DNA of 64,000 bases, from positions 76,074,001 through 76,138,000 of the forward strand of contig OZ024743.1 in the NCBI GenBank assembly GCA_964016885.1, given 5' to 3'. This stretch comes from Eledone cirrhosa. Taxonomy: Eukaryota. The position numbers and the translations under genes are program-made. The notes beneath the pieces were generated by a model. The model had not been told where the DNA came from, did no database searches, and saw only the letters and a list, made by a program, of their open reading frames with translations. Shown in pieces: positions 41,037 through 58,600 of this stretch. Position 1 is the first letter of the stretch; each line of letters opens with the position of its first letter.

Positions 41037-41070
<34 letters not shown>

Positions 41071-41161
41071 TATATATATATATATATATATGTTTATATA
41101 TATATATGTTTATATATATATATATTTATATGTATATATTTATATATATATATGTTTATAT

Positions 41162-41293
<132 letters not shown>

Positions 41294-41331
41294 GTATATA
41301 TATATATATTTATATTATATATATATATATA

Positions 41332-41377
<46 letters not shown>

Positions 41378-41414
41378 GTATATATTATTTTATATATATA
41401 TATATATTTATATG

Positions 41415-41452
<38 letters not shown>

Positions 41453-41484
41453 TATATGATATATATTATATATATATTTATATG

Positions 41485-41543
<59 letters not shown>

Positions 41544-41985
41544 ATATATATTTATATGTATATATATTATATATATATATACTTATATATATATATTTAT
41601 ATATGTATATATATATTTATATATATGTATATATACGCAAGCGATGAATATGCTGATGTTGTACACAGACACACATATACATACTTACATCCACATTACA
41701 TATATATATATTCATTATACACAGGACACACACATATATATATATATATATGTAAATATATATATATGTGTATGTATACTTGTACATATATATATTTATG
41801 TATATATATATATATATATATTTATGTATATATATATATATATATATATATTTATGTATATATATATATATATATATATTTATGTATATATATATATATA
41901 TGTATATATGTATAAATATATATATATATACACATATTTATGTATATATATATATTTATGTATATATATATATATTTATGTATAT

Positions 41986-42042
<57 letters not shown>

Positions 42043-42249
42043 GTATATATATATGAATATATATGTGTGTATGTATGTATGTATATATATATGAATATAT
42101 ATGTGTGTATGTATGTATGTATATATATATGAATATATATGTGTGTATGTATGTATGTATATATATATGAATATATATGTGTGTATGTATGTATGTATAT
42201 ATATATGAATATATATGTGTGTATATATATATATATATATGAATATATA

Positions 42250-42289
<40 letters not shown>

Positions 42290-43147
42290 TGCGTGTGTGT
42301 ATATATATAAATATATGTGTATATAAATATATGTGTATATAAATATAAGTGTGTATATATATATATATATATAAATATATGTATATGTGTGTATATATAT
42401 ATATATAAATACATTTGTGTGTGAGTGTATGTGTGTGCTTATGTGTTGTGACCATACTTATATATAGTCCTTTATTTATATATATATAAATGATGTATGA
42501 ATAAATAAAAGTATAGAGGCAAAACTTCAACGCGTGTATATATGCATGAACATGTATGTATATTGTGTACATTAAAATGTTGAATTCGCAGACTCACCTT
42601 GTGTATATATGGAGATATGTGCCACCAATGTGAATCTATATTTATATCTATATATCTATATCCCTATACACACACATATACACACTTATTTATGCATATA
42701 TATCTATGCGTATACATGTGTGTGTATAACAACGTATGAAATTATATCTGTGTGGTTAGTGGTGAATATATTCACACACACACCTATATATATATACATA
42801 TATATATACATATATATATACATATATATATGTATGTATGTGTGTGTGTATGTGTGTGTGTGTGTGTTTGTGTGTGTATATGTGTATGTATGCCTGTATA
42901 CATGTATGTGTGTATGCATGTATGTATATATGCATGTAAGTATGTGAGTGCATGTATGCATGTATATATGTATGTATGTATGCATGTAAGTATGTATGTA
43001 TGCATGTATGTATTATGCATATATGTATATATGTATGTATGTATTATGTATATATTTATGTATATATATATATGTATGTATATATTAGTGTGTATATATA
43101 TATATGTAGGTATATATATATATACATATATATATGTGTGTGTGTGT

Positions 43148-43209
<62 letters not shown>

Positions 43210-43282
43210 AGTTATATATATGTAGGTATATATATATACAATGATATTAAATAAATGGAAACTATATTTATAAAACCATATT

Positions 43283-43346
43283 TATTTTATTATATATATT
43301 TCAAGGGTACCAAGACAACATTGGTACGCTTTCATCAGATAAAATA
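43283..43346 (-). ncRNA. Type I hammerhead ribozyme (TATTTTAT family, copy 2)
   Basis: tattttat-CTGATGA-aagc-gtaccaa-tgttgtc-ttggtac-cctt-GAAAT-atat-ATA-ataaaata. Confidence 0.85.
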
Positions 43347-43430
43347 CAAAGTTTGTTTTATAAATAGAGACATACCCAGGAAAATCATACCTCATCGGTT
43401 GGAAATTCACTGGATAGTCTTCTTCTTCTA

Positions 43431-43503
<73 letters not shown>

Positions 43504-43698
43504 ATATATGTAGGTATATATATATATATTTACAGACCTATATATATATATATATAACTATTTACCAATCAACAACAACGTGCAATACCGTGTGTAGTTA
43601 ACAGTAAGTTTATAGAAATATGAAATGTCTACTTTATACAATAATTAAATTAAATTATATATTTAAAAAATATAATGCTCTGTTTATACATTAACGCG

Positions 43699-43771
<73 letters not shown>

Positions 43772-43773
<2 letters not shown>

Positions 43774-44040
43774 ACGGAGTGTAACTTGGAGTTACTGTAG
43801 GTTCACCCGGGTGAGCACTCGATGTTTAGGTTCACTTCAGTGTCGAGGTGTAGAGCTATACAGAGTGTATTATAGTGAAATAAAATAAAACAAGGACGAT
43901 TGGTTACTCCTTCATTACGTTTATTGGTTGGTGACGCGCGTTTCGCCACTGATCAGCTCAAGGTTAGATCTGTATCGATCTAGCCCGACTCTGTAATCTG
44001 CGTTCGTCAGACGCCTTACAATGGTAATGGAAAAATTTAC
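43772..44040 (-). mobile_element. Penelope-type terminus: hammerhead with a long stem II plus tail; related copy at 49322-49440
   Basis: Minus strand CTGACGA-(~60 nt including tagatc/gatcta)-GAAAC-gcgc-GTC. The tail contains cactctgt...acatcgagtg. Confidence 0.65.
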
Positions 44041-44197
44041 CATGATTCCTATATATTATCGTCCGAAATGTTAAGACCCTCTTCCTGCTATATCAAGCGT
44101 TAACCTAATATATATACCTTCCATATACTGTAGCGATTGTGTTGTTATTTCTGTTTACCTTTTGCATACACACACACACATACATACACACACACAT

Positions 44198-44259
<62 letters not shown>

Positions 44260-44305
44260 ATACTTGGGGAGGGTCATATTTGTGTAATAAAACCTCGCAA
44301 AACTA

Positions 44306-44343
<38 letters not shown>

Positions 44344-44383
44344 TGCATGTTAGATTAGTGGTATTGTCGTATGATAACATATA

Positions 44384-44684
44384 CACTCGTGTCTTGAATA
44401 ATCGTCCCCACCCCCCGCTTGTTAAATCTTATTAATCTATCTCCGGCGAAATTTTATTCTAAGTGATTCATATTGATGGAACACCTGGAGAATCTAATTA
44501 CAATTTTATATTACATTAAACGAACATTACAAGAAATCCCATATTTAAGAACGCAAACTATCCAATTACAGACTTCCCCAACCCCATCCCATTTATTCCA
44601 ACTCCCCCGCTTATAAGAATTTAAGCAAATGTCCAACCCCTCCGCCTATTCTAACCCCACCCCCTATTATTTACCACCCGAGAG
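44384..44684. mobile_element. MITE with TA target duplication, diverged copy
   Basis: TA-cactcgtgtc...cacccgagag-TA, similar to 28481-28830. Confidence 0.8.
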
Positions 44685-44938
44685 TACACATTGAGTCGTG
44701 TATACACATTACATGTTACACATCGAGTCGTGTGTACACATTACATGTTACACATTGAGTCGTGTATACACACTACATGTTACACATTGAGTCGTGTATA
44801 CACACTACATGTTACACACTGAGTCGTGTATACACACTACATGTTACACATTGAGTCGTGTGTACACACTACATGTTACACATTGAGTCGTGTGTACACA
44901 CTACATGTTACACATTGAGTCGTGTATACACATTACAT
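44685..44938. repeat. 32-bp minisatellite (acacattgagtcgtgtatacacattacatgtt), ~8 copies
   Basis: Direct tandem units. Confidence 0.95.
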
Positions 44939-45081
44939 TGTCGTATAATACACATAACATACATGTGTTTAAAGAGATATTATGCCGGTATACATTCGTC
45001 TGGCACGAGTAACGATAGATAGAATAGCGCTCTGCACTGGGAGAATTGCTGGCCTTATGCCTAAAGTAGAAACATTATTTT

Positions 45082-46018
45082 TATGTACTTTATACATATA
45101 TGTAAACGAATGTATATGATATTAATGTACTTTACACATATATACAAACGAATGTATATGATATTAATGTACTTTATACATATATACAAACGAATGTATA
45201 TGATTTTAATGTACTATATACATATATATACAAACGAATGTATATGATATTAATGTACTATATACATATATATACAAACGAATGTATATGATATTAATGT
45301 ACTATATACATATATAAATACAAACGAATGTATATGATATTAATGTACTATATACATATATAAACAAACGAATGTATATGATATTAATGTACTATATACA
45401 TATATATACAAACGAATGTATATGATTTTAATGTACTATATACATATATATACAAACGAATGTATATGATATTAATGTACTATATACATATATATATACA
45501 AACGAATGTATATGATATTAATGTACTATATACATATATATATACAAACGAATGTATATGATATTAATGTACTATATACATATATATATACAAACGAATG
45601 TATATGATATTAATGTACTATATACATATATATACAAACGAATGTATATGATATTAATGTACTATATACATATATATATACAAACGAATGTATATGATAT
45701 TAATGTACTATATACATATATATATACAAACGAATGTATATGATATTAATGTACTATATACATATATATATACAAACGAATGTATATGATATTAATGTAC
45801 TATATACATATATATACAAACGAATGTATATGATATTAATGTACTATATACATATATATACAAACGAATGTATATGATATTAATGTACTATATACATATA
45901 TATATACAAACGAATGTATATGATATTAATGTACTATATACATATATATATACAAACGAATGTATATGATATTAATGTACTATATACATATATAAACAAA
46001 CGAATGTATATGATTTTC
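45082..46018. repeat. ~43-47-bp minisatellite (caaacgaatgtatatgatattaatgtactatataca(ta)n), ~20 copies
   Basis: Direct tandem units; inverted units occur at 46385-46540. Confidence 0.95.
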
Positions 46019-47084
46019 GTTTCTTGCGTATATCTATAGGATATGTTTTATGTGAGTCCTCGGCAAACTGCGGCCCTTTTGTCACTCTGAAAGGCCTGCC
46101 TAGCAGTATTGGTAGATGATCGGACGCCATGCTTTGCAGCATAGAGTTACGACCCTTTACGGTCTGAGTTCAAATCCTGCCGAGATTAACTTTACCTTTC
46201 ATCCTTACGGGATCGATAAAATAAAGTACCAGTAATACACTGGGCTAATTGCTGGCCTTGTGCAAAATATAGAAACAATAATATGACAACTTTTAATCTA
46301 GGCAGGCCTTTCAGAGTGACAAAAGGGCCGCAGTTTGCCGAGGACTCGCATAAAACATATCCTATAGATACACATAAGGAAAGAAAATCATATACATTCG
46401 TTTGTATGTATGTATAGAGTACATAAATACCATATACATTCATTTGTATGTATGTATAAAGTACATTAATATCATATACATTCGTTTGTATGTATGTATA
46501 AAGTACATTAATATCATATACATTCGTTTGTATATACGTATAAACGCGTATATATAAATAATTGTTTTTTATTTGGCACAAGGCCAGCAATTATCCCAGT
46601 GTATTACTGGTACTTTATTTTATCAACCCCGTAAGGATGAAAGGCAAAGTTTTGTATATATGTATAGAGTACATTAATATCCGGTGGGTTGGCAGTATCG
46701 GTAGAGGGTTGGACGCCATGCTTTCTAGCACAGTTACGTCTCTTTACGGTCTGAGTTCAAATCCCGCCGAGGTTAACTTTGCCTTTCATCCTTACGGGGT
46801 CGATAAAATAAAGTACCAGTAATGCACTGGTTAATTGATGGCCTTGTGCCAAAAGTAGAAACAATTATTTAATGTATCCCCACCCGTAACTTCCGATAGG
46901 GTCGTAAGGGCACATTTTGACAATGGCGTTTCTTAGGTATATTAAGTTTGGTGGGGTCGATCTCCTCTCCGGGCCAGAGTACAATAGATTTCTTCCGGAG
47001 AAGGTTAGAGAGTGAGAGAGTGGAAGGATATATATACACACACACACACACACACATAAATATATATATATATAAAAGGATCGC

Positions 47085-47287
47085 TCGACTTTCGTCAAAT
47101 CGGACCGAGGAAACAATGTTTCCGTTGGTCTTTCCAGTTGCTAATACTACCTATCGGTCGCAACTCCAGGTAGAAGGAGCAACGTGAAATAAAGTATCTT
47201 GCTCAAGGACATAACGCATCGCGCGGTCCAGGAATCGAACTCACAACCTCAAGATTGCGAATCCAATTCTCTAACCACTCAGCCAGT
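47085..47287 (-). mobile_element. tRNA-derived SINE family A
   Basis: Reverse complement tggctgagtggttagag..gagttcgattcc..gtccttgagcaagatacttt. Confidence 0.85.
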
Positions 47288-47375
47288 TGTCTCTGTGGCC
47301 TAGCGGTAGGTTGTATAGCTGGTGGAGATCCTGACCTTGGGTTCAATCTTGGTCAAGAGGTACAAGCAATATATA

Positions 47376-47647
47376 TATAACGAAGGAGTTGTGGTAAGGA
47401 ACCAGATGGACCATAACGCACCAGAGTACTCAATACTTAGGGTAGTAGAGTGCTTAATAGGAAAATGTATGACCCCGACGGCAGAGCTCAAGCCGTTTCG
47501 ACGGCTATTTCTGGACTAAATTAGAATTTTTAGCGTGGTAAATAAATAGCCGGCTATTTATTTACCACGCTAAAAATTCTAATTTAGTACAGAAATAGCC
47601 GTCGAAACGGCTTGAGCTCTGCCGTCGGGATCATACATTTTCCTATA
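47376..47647 (-). mobile_element. Tail+hairpin element; family copies at 49456-49648, 53909-54112, 59447-59655 and a stub at 54733-54759
   Basis: Near-perfect ~95-bp arms around an apex at ~47554, outer edge ataggaaaa/ttttcctat, and a shared ~85-bp tail. Confidence 0.88.
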
Positions 47648-47689
47648 TACATATATATATATATGCTGTAGTAAAAGTTTGGTAGAAAT

Positions 47690-47828
47690 GTCCAGGGTAA
47701 GAGCACTCAGTCCATAGGACGAATTTGGTATTATTACAACAGTGACATATAGAGGTACTTAAGTTTCGTTGGCTTCTGGACCCCAACTCGTAAGAAAACT
47801 TAAGTACCTGTTTATGTCATTGTTGTAA
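47690..47828 (-). mobile_element. Short tail+hairpin element with a hammerhead 3' half
   Basis: ttacaacagtgacat..aggtacttaagttt / aaacttaagtacct..atgtcattgttgtaa, containing GAAAC-ttaa-GTA. Confidence 0.65.
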
Positions 47829-48131
47829 CTATATATATATATATATATATATAGCGAGAGAGAGAGAGAGATGGGGAAGAATCGACCTCAGTAGCAGACT
47901 GGTACTTATTTTATCGACCTCGACATTATGAAAGGCAAAGTTGACATCGGAATAATATACATACGCATTCACAAACCACAATTGATACACACACATACAC
48001 ATATAATATCATTCGAACATTACATAGAACCAAACATTCATAAAGATATTATGTGGACATATATATACATATATATATACACACACACGCACACACATAT
48101 ACATATATACATATATATATACACACACACG

Positions 48132-48175
<44 letters not shown>

Positions 48176-48370
48176 GATTCAGCGAGAATCGCATTTTCGG
48201 CGGGCAGGAAAAAGCGAAGTGAAACGCAAAAATCAGAAATGATACTGGCAAAGTGCTCAATAGTTAAAAACCAGAGCTAAACAATGTGTTAAGAAGCCAT
48301 ACAAAACTGAAAAGGTGGTCAAGAAGGCATCAACCACCCAAGCCAAATATATATATAAATAGTTGACATA

Positions 48371-48723
48371 CTCTCGGGTCCCAAATAATAGGATTTGGGG
48401 TAGAATATGCGGGGTGGGTGGGTAGAAAATCGGTAATTTTTCTAGGTTGTCTCTGTTGATTTTTAAAAAAACCAGAATTAAACGTTTAGTTTACATATTG
48501 AGACCCCAACCCATCCTATATATTTTATAACGCATGGGATTTCTAGCAATGTACTTTTTGTCATGTATAATGTTTTTTAATGTCTAAAGAAAATTACAGG
48601 AATGCTACCACTTAAAATGAAATTTTGCCGGGGTTAAATTAGGAAAATTTAATAAGCAGGGTGATTGGAAAAAATCTGAAAAATTAATAAGCGGTGTGGG
48701 GTGGATTTTTCGAGACCCGAGAG
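48371..48723. mobile_element. MITE with TA target duplication, inverted relative to 28481-28830
   Basis: TA-ctctcgggtc...gacccgagag-TA. Confidence 0.9.
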
Positions 48724-48924
48724 TATATTCCCAAACAGTCTCATACACTTACACAAAATATTATTAATATAGACGCAAGTAATATATATATAGATTCTCA
48801 ACAATTTCATATGCCCACAGTAGAACAGTTTTATACAGATTTATTTAAAAGATGACAAAATATTCATAAACATATTTATCAACTGACACAAACATCTATG
48901 TCTCTAAGTTTAAAGTATACAAAA

Positions 48925-48977
<53 letters not shown>

Positions 48978-49106
48978 CGGGCTGTTTGTTTACAAATAAT
49001 AAATGTTCGGTAAACCCATACGTACATATATATATGTGTGCATGTATGTATATATATACATACTACTGTACGTCTGTATACATATATGTATGTACGTATA
49101 CCTACT

Positions 49107-49167
<61 letters not shown>

Positions 49168-49641
49168 ATAGGGAGAAAAAGACGATTATTAGGAAGAAAA
49201 ACATTTTTTTCCCTTTTATTTTTTCTCTTTTTTCTGGGTTAGAAAATGTTTAAAACAAAATGTTTTACTTTGTGTGAAGTGTTAAGGTATTAGTTAATAT
49301 ATTTATTAATTAATATATATATAAAGAACGCACGTTTCTCGATTGATCAGCTCAAGGTTCGATCTGCATCGATCAGGCCCGCCTCTGGAATAAAAATCTC
49401 GTCGGATTTCCTGTTATGGAAATGACAGAATGATAATCTGACTATATATATATATATAACGAAGGAAGTGTGGTAAGAAGCCAGGTGGACCATAACGCAC
49501 CAGAGTACTCGATATTTAGAGTAGTAGAGTGGATAATAGGAAAATAGTCAGGACCCCGACGATTCGACAGCTAGATCCGAACTATGCGTTAGGATCTAGC
49601 TGTCAAAACGGTCGGAGCTCAACCGCCGGGGTCCTGACTCT

Positions 49642-49683
<42 letters not shown>

Positions 49684-50014
49684 GCACAATATGTTTTGGT
49701 ATGTATGTATGAAAATATGTTTGCATGTATATGTGTGTGTATGTATATATATATATATGATTTATATTTTTAATTATTATGCGTCTACCTCACCTTTCGT
49801 AGTTTATACATTCCCTACACTGGTGGTTTTTCCCTGTATATTGATAAACACACACACTCTCTCTCGTGTGGTATCTTTTCTACATATATTTGAAAAGCTT
49901 AGGATTCCTTTTCCTTTGAGCACATAATTTACAGGGACTAACGTGAGTCTATGACTCCGTTAATTTATTTTGATATATATATATATTTCTATATTTTCAC
50001 ATATATATATATAT

Positions 50015-50739
50015 ATATATATAAAATTAAGTATGTGTGTGTGTGTGTTTGTGTATTACCTATAGGGGTCTACATCTTACGACCGATTTTCATGAAACTT
50101 TACAGGTTCATAGATTAGTCATCGGGGACTGTTTTCTATATATCAGCGTATCGTTTTTTTTTTTATTCCGGGGTCATTCTGCAGATAAAAATCGATAGGG
50201 TATCGAAAAATAAGATTTTGGTTCTAGCTCCCACATTTTGCCACCGATTTCGTTCAAATTTTAAAGCAAAATAGAATTTATCATTGCACATCCTGTAATG
50301 GCTTTATATTTTGCATTTGTTTTTCAGGGACGGCGTGGCAGCCGCTTAAATATTCAAAAATACCTCTTTTAGACTCAAATTTCCACTCTTTCGGCTCTAG
50401 CTCCCACATTAATCAACCTACTTTGTTCAAATTTTACACTACGCTAGATCTGATTATTTCACGTCTTAAAGAGGCTTTACATTTTGGAATTTTAGTTCAG
50501 GAACGGTATGGCAGCCACTTAAATATTCGAAAATATCACCTTTTCGCTCAAATTTCCGCCTTTTCGGCTCTAGCTCCCACATTTTTCAACCGATTTCGTT
50601 CAAATTCGAAATTCCCTCCCCCAGCATGCCCCTTCGTCAGTCACCCGCGTTCCTCGGTGATAGAGGTCAAAGATCAACACCTTTTCATCAAAGCAGCTAT
50701 TATTTTAACTACCCAGGCAACGCTGGGTACTGCTGCTAG
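50015..50739 (+). mobile_element. Non-autonomous Helitron
   Basis: 3' hairpin acccaggcaacgctgggt, 7 nt upstream of a terminal CTAG followed by T. The 5' side reads atatataaaa..(gt)n..ccgattttcatgaaactt. Three internal ~170-bp repeats begin tctagctcccacatt. Confidence 0.8.
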
Positions 50740-50746
50740 TATATAT

Positions 50747-50818
<72 letters not shown>

Positions 50819-50982
50819 GTGAAGAAAGAAGAATACTGCGTGGTTGCACATGGGTTACATATGATAAAATTAGTCCTTCGTCAGTGATTTGCCAACCATC
50901 ATTAATATTTCATCGCATTTATATATATGAAAATAAAGTGTGGCGGGTATGTAGTTAATCACGGAAAGTCGTATAGCTATGA

Positions 50983-51026
<44 letters not shown>

Positions 51027-51425
51027 TGATGTCTCTCTGTCTAGCGGTCAGTTTGTCTGTCTGTCCCCCTGTCCTGGCTTATATATGTGTATATGGATGT
51101 AGTGATAGATTCATTAGACTGTGGGTATGCTAGGGCACCGCCATCATTTATTGATCATATCTATCCCGATATTATATTTTCAACTGTAGTACATACTGCA
51201 TTGATCTCTAAAGTACGGGACACAAGCACGCACACACACCCCCACACACCCACACGCAGACACACACACACACTCATATATATATATTTATATATATACA
51301 TATATATATAAATATATATATATATACATACATATTTATATATATACATATATAAATAAATATGAATATATATACATATATATATATATACATATTTATA
51401 TATATACATATATAAATAAATATGA

Positions 51426-51458
<33 letters not shown>

Positions 51459-51493
51459 CATATTTATATATATACATATATAAATAAATATGA

Positions 51494-51526
<33 letters not shown>

Positions 51527-52213
51527 CATATTTATATATATACATATATAAATAAATAAATATATATATATATTTATGTATATGTATGTGTGTATAAACA
51601 CATATATATATATGTGATAATTATTGCTATTTTGCTGAACTCCTTGTAGAGTTTTTTTCAGAATGTATTTGACTGCTATTTCTTGTAAATAAACATTCAC
51701 TTCCATCCTGACGTCACTAGCCCCGTTTTTTCCTCATGTGCTTTTTCATAAATACACATGAAGGCGAACTAGCCAGTTTTAGAATTCCCTTTTTAGGACT
51801 ATATTACTGTGAGAGCCCTGGTTTTCTGTTGAGCTCTGCTGATGAATGATATTCCAACCGTGACCATCTCCACTGAAAGTTTTCATGAAATAGTCTTTTA
51901 AGACTATACAGAGCATTTGATGTTATTCCAAATTGAAGGATAAGTGTTTCAAACTTTGTTTTATCATGAGTTAAAGGTCTATAGATTTTTCCATGGATTT
52001 TACTAAATTCTGTGGATGAATTTGTATCCTGATTCTCTTTTGAGATGAGTTTGAGTTATTTTTCCTAAATCTTTCGTTAACTACTTTTCCCATCTTGACG
52101 TTATAGTCGCATATATGTTATAGAATGCCGTTAGCTTCTTGCTAAAACAATCTCTATACGTCTCATTTATATGTATATATATATATATATATGTGTGTAT
52201 ATGTATATATATA

Positions 52214-52278
<65 letters not shown>

Positions 52279-52597
52279 CACAGATTAAAGTTTAAGCAAA
52301 GAATCTATATTTGATATATATTTATATATCTATTTATCTATCTATCTATCGATGTTTGTCTGTCTAGCGGTCAGTTTGTTTGTCTGTCTGTCCCCCTGTC
52401 CTGGCTTATATATGTGTATATGCAGGTAGTGATAGATTCATTAGACTGTGGGTATGCTAGGGCACCGCCATCATTTATTGCTCATATCTATCCCGATATT
52501 ATATTTTCAACTGTAGTACAAATATATATTTGATATATATATTTGACATATATTTATCCTTATCGATTTGGATTTTAGTCTTCGAATTTATTATTAT

Positions 52598-52643
<46 letters not shown>

Positions 52644-52745
52644 ACACACAAAAATATGGATTGAGGAAGGCGAGGCTTTGGTTATAACAAGAGATGGACA
52701 GTTTAACTTCGTCAGCTGTTTACTACCGGTCACCGATGTTTCGAT

Positions 52746-52779
<34 letters not shown>

Positions 52780-52780
52780 G

Positions 52781-53056
52781 TATACGATATTAAACAAATG
52801 GAAACTATATTTATAAAACCATATTTATTTCATTATACATATTTCCGGGATACCATATTAAAAATATGGCAAGCCAGCCTCCTATCTTAATGGTCGCTTA
52901 TATTTATGGTACGTCAACATTATTTATAAAACTGTTTATATATTGTATTTTATCTGACGAAGGCATGCCATATTTTTAATATGGTATCCCTGAAATATGT
53001 ATAATGAAATAAATATGGTTTTATAAATATAGTTTCCATTTGTTTAATATCGTATA
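52781..53056 (+). mobile_element. Fold-back element containing a complete hammerhead at 52946-53011 (TATTTTAT family, copy 3)
   Basis: Arms are 52781-52871/52966-53056. tattttat-CTGACGA-agg.atgccatatt..aatatggtat.cct-GAAAT-atgt-ATA-atgaaata. Confidence 0.85.
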
Positions 53057-53153
53057 TCTACTCCAAAAACTTGTCGAGTGCTTTATATCGGTTATAAAAT
53101 ATTTGCTTGTTGTAACGCAACAATTTTAAATAAAACTTTTGCATATATATATG

Positions 53154-53190
<37 letters not shown>

Positions 53191-53204
53191 ATGTGTGTGT
53201 GTGT

Positions 53205-53425
53205 AAGGTAATTCCGAAGAAAAAGCAAAGGAAACAAGAGTGCTCTATGTATAGAACAGAGCTATTTAATTAGAAAGTGAACAACACAAAATATAACTAC
53301 TCCATTACCAAAGGTTTCTGGAATAACATCTGTCTGATGACAGATCCAGACGTATATTAATACTGTCTGGGATCCATAAACCTTGGTAATGGAGTAGTTA
53401 TATTTTGTGCTGTTCACTTTCTAAT

Positions 53426-53431
<6 letters not shown>
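53205..53431. mobile_element. Tail+hairpin element with a hammerhead at ~53329-53393 (+)
   Basis: Arms are 53263-53320/53372-53431. tctgt-CTGATGA-ca-gatccagac..gtctgggatc-ca-TAAAC-cttg-GTA-atgga. The other arm retains GAAAC. Confidence 0.75.
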
Positions 53432-53467
<36 letters not shown>

Positions 53468-53811
53468 TAAATCTACCAATCAATGGTAGGGTCTAAACCG
53501 TATGAAGAACTCAATGTAATTCGTATGTAGAAGATGTCGTGAAGCAAAGTTTAAAATATAAAATTTTAAACGATATAATTCATTGGATACAGAGTCAAAA
53601 ATAGAAATATTAAAACAATGAAATTAAACAAAAAACGGTTAATTCATAGTAAAACTCATTATTTTACGATCGTTTCTGGGGGTAAGTTCCCAGTATATCC
53701 ATTCTATTATTGATCTATGTAAAACATATTACAAAATATCATAGTAAGAAAAAATACATACGTCTTCACTAGTATTTCTGAAGACGGCGGGTAGTGAAGT
53801 GTATGTATTTC

Positions 53812-53911
<100 letters not shown>

Positions 53912-54107
53912 ACGAAGGAAGTGTGGTAAGGAATAAGGTGGACCATAAGGCACCAGAGTACTCGATACTTTGGGTAGTAGAGTGGGTAATAGGAAAATAG
54001 TCAGGACCCCGACGGCAGAGCTCAAGAGATTTCGACAGCTATTTCTGTTCTGGACAGACATAGCTGTCGAAACGGCCTGAGCTCTGTCGTCGGGGTCTGA
54101 CTCTATT

Positions 54108-54160
<53 letters not shown>

Positions 54161-54186
54161 CAGTTCCACGATAGTTAGTTCACCAT

Positions 54187-54229
54187 ACCGAGAACAATTG
54201 TTTCACCTTATTCGGATCATCAGCTCGGT
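54187..54229 (-). ncRNA. Intact minimal type I hammerhead ribozyme
   Basis: accgag-CTGATGA-t-cc-gaataa-gg-t-GAAAC-aatt-GTT-ctcggt. Stem I is a perfect 6 bp and stem III is palindromic. Confidence 0.88.
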
Positions 54230-54399
54230 CTAAATATGTACAGGTGTGTGTAGAAACTAATAGAAATACCAATATATAAGGTGGATGTTAAACATATATA
54301 TTGCTGTTCCTTCTTTCCAGTTTCGTAGAACTAAACTAATGCAACACCAAAATCAACGTAACAATAATCTCTCCCTCATCTATGTTTGTCTGTCTGACA

Positions 54400-54432
<33 letters not shown>

Positions 54433-54447
54433 CATATCTATACACAC

Positions 54448-54480
<33 letters not shown>

Positions 54481-54623
54481 CATATCTATACACACACACA
54501 CACACACATAATAAAAGGAATTCCAACTATGTCTGATTTACTCGTTTTATTTACAATCCTTTAAAATTTATAATAGTATTAGAATGAAATAGTATGGTAA
54601 AATATTAAATGTTAAGTGTTAAT

Positions 54624-54662
54624 TGAACAAGTACTTTCATGCTTTCGCAATCTTCAGGTTCA
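54624..54662 (-). ncRNA. Intact minimal type I hammerhead ribozyme
   Basis: tgaac-CTGAAGA-t-tgc-gaaa-gca-t-GAAAG-ta-CTT-gttca. Stem II is GNRA-capped and stem III is palindromic. Confidence 0.88.
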
Positions 54663-55019
54663 TAATGTGTGGTGACAGTCAAGTTTGCAATTTTCAACTG
54701 TGAACATTTTCTGCTTACACATATATATATATATAGGAAAAAGTATGACCCCGACGGCAAATAGTTATAAATTTGCACATGGCATAACTAGGCTGTATAA
54801 CCACCGTGGAAACATTTGTAAGCACACAGAATAAATTACCTTTTTATGATGTCTACCTGTTATTATTCATTCTTTATCTACACTCCGGAATACAGAAGGA
54901 TCAGGAACTAAGTTTCTTCAACGATTCTTCCATAATTCGTTGAGTAACCCCTCACCGTACGTTAACTCTATCCAGTGTAGTAATTAACCATTACTGCATC
55001 CAGCATAATCCTATACCTA

Positions 55020-58257
<3,238 letters not shown>

Positions 58258-58287
58258 AGATCAAAAGATGGTTAAAAGAGTTCCATG

Positions 58288-58357
58288 TATTTTATTATGC
58301 GCATTTCAAAAACAAATATCATATGAGATGACATTTGCGTTTTCGTCAGATAAAATA
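58288..58357 (-). ncRNA. Intact type I hammerhead ribozyme (TATTTTAT family, copy 4)
   Basis: tattttat-CTGACGA-aaac-gcaaatgtcat-ctcat-atgatatttgt-tttt-GAAAT-gcgc-ATA-ataaaata. Confidence 0.88.
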
Positions 58358-58549
58358 GGGAGACATGATATGAAGGTTAAAAAACACTTGTGAATAGTGC
58401 AGTATAAATCAACATATGTTGATATGTTCATTTAAAACTGCATATATATCGTGCGTGTGTGTATATATATATATATGTGTGTGTGTCTGTGCATGTATAT
58501 ATATGTGTGTGTGTGTGTATATATATGTGTGTGTGTGTGTCTATATATA

Positions 58550-58600
<51 letters not shown>

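Noticed and set aside
47457-47647. Hairpins as sequencing fold-back chimeras or as classical MITEs
   Set aside because: The arms carry mismatches, the outer edges are family-specific, a one-sided tail is attached and apices vary. This argues against both, although raw-read confirmation is still needed.
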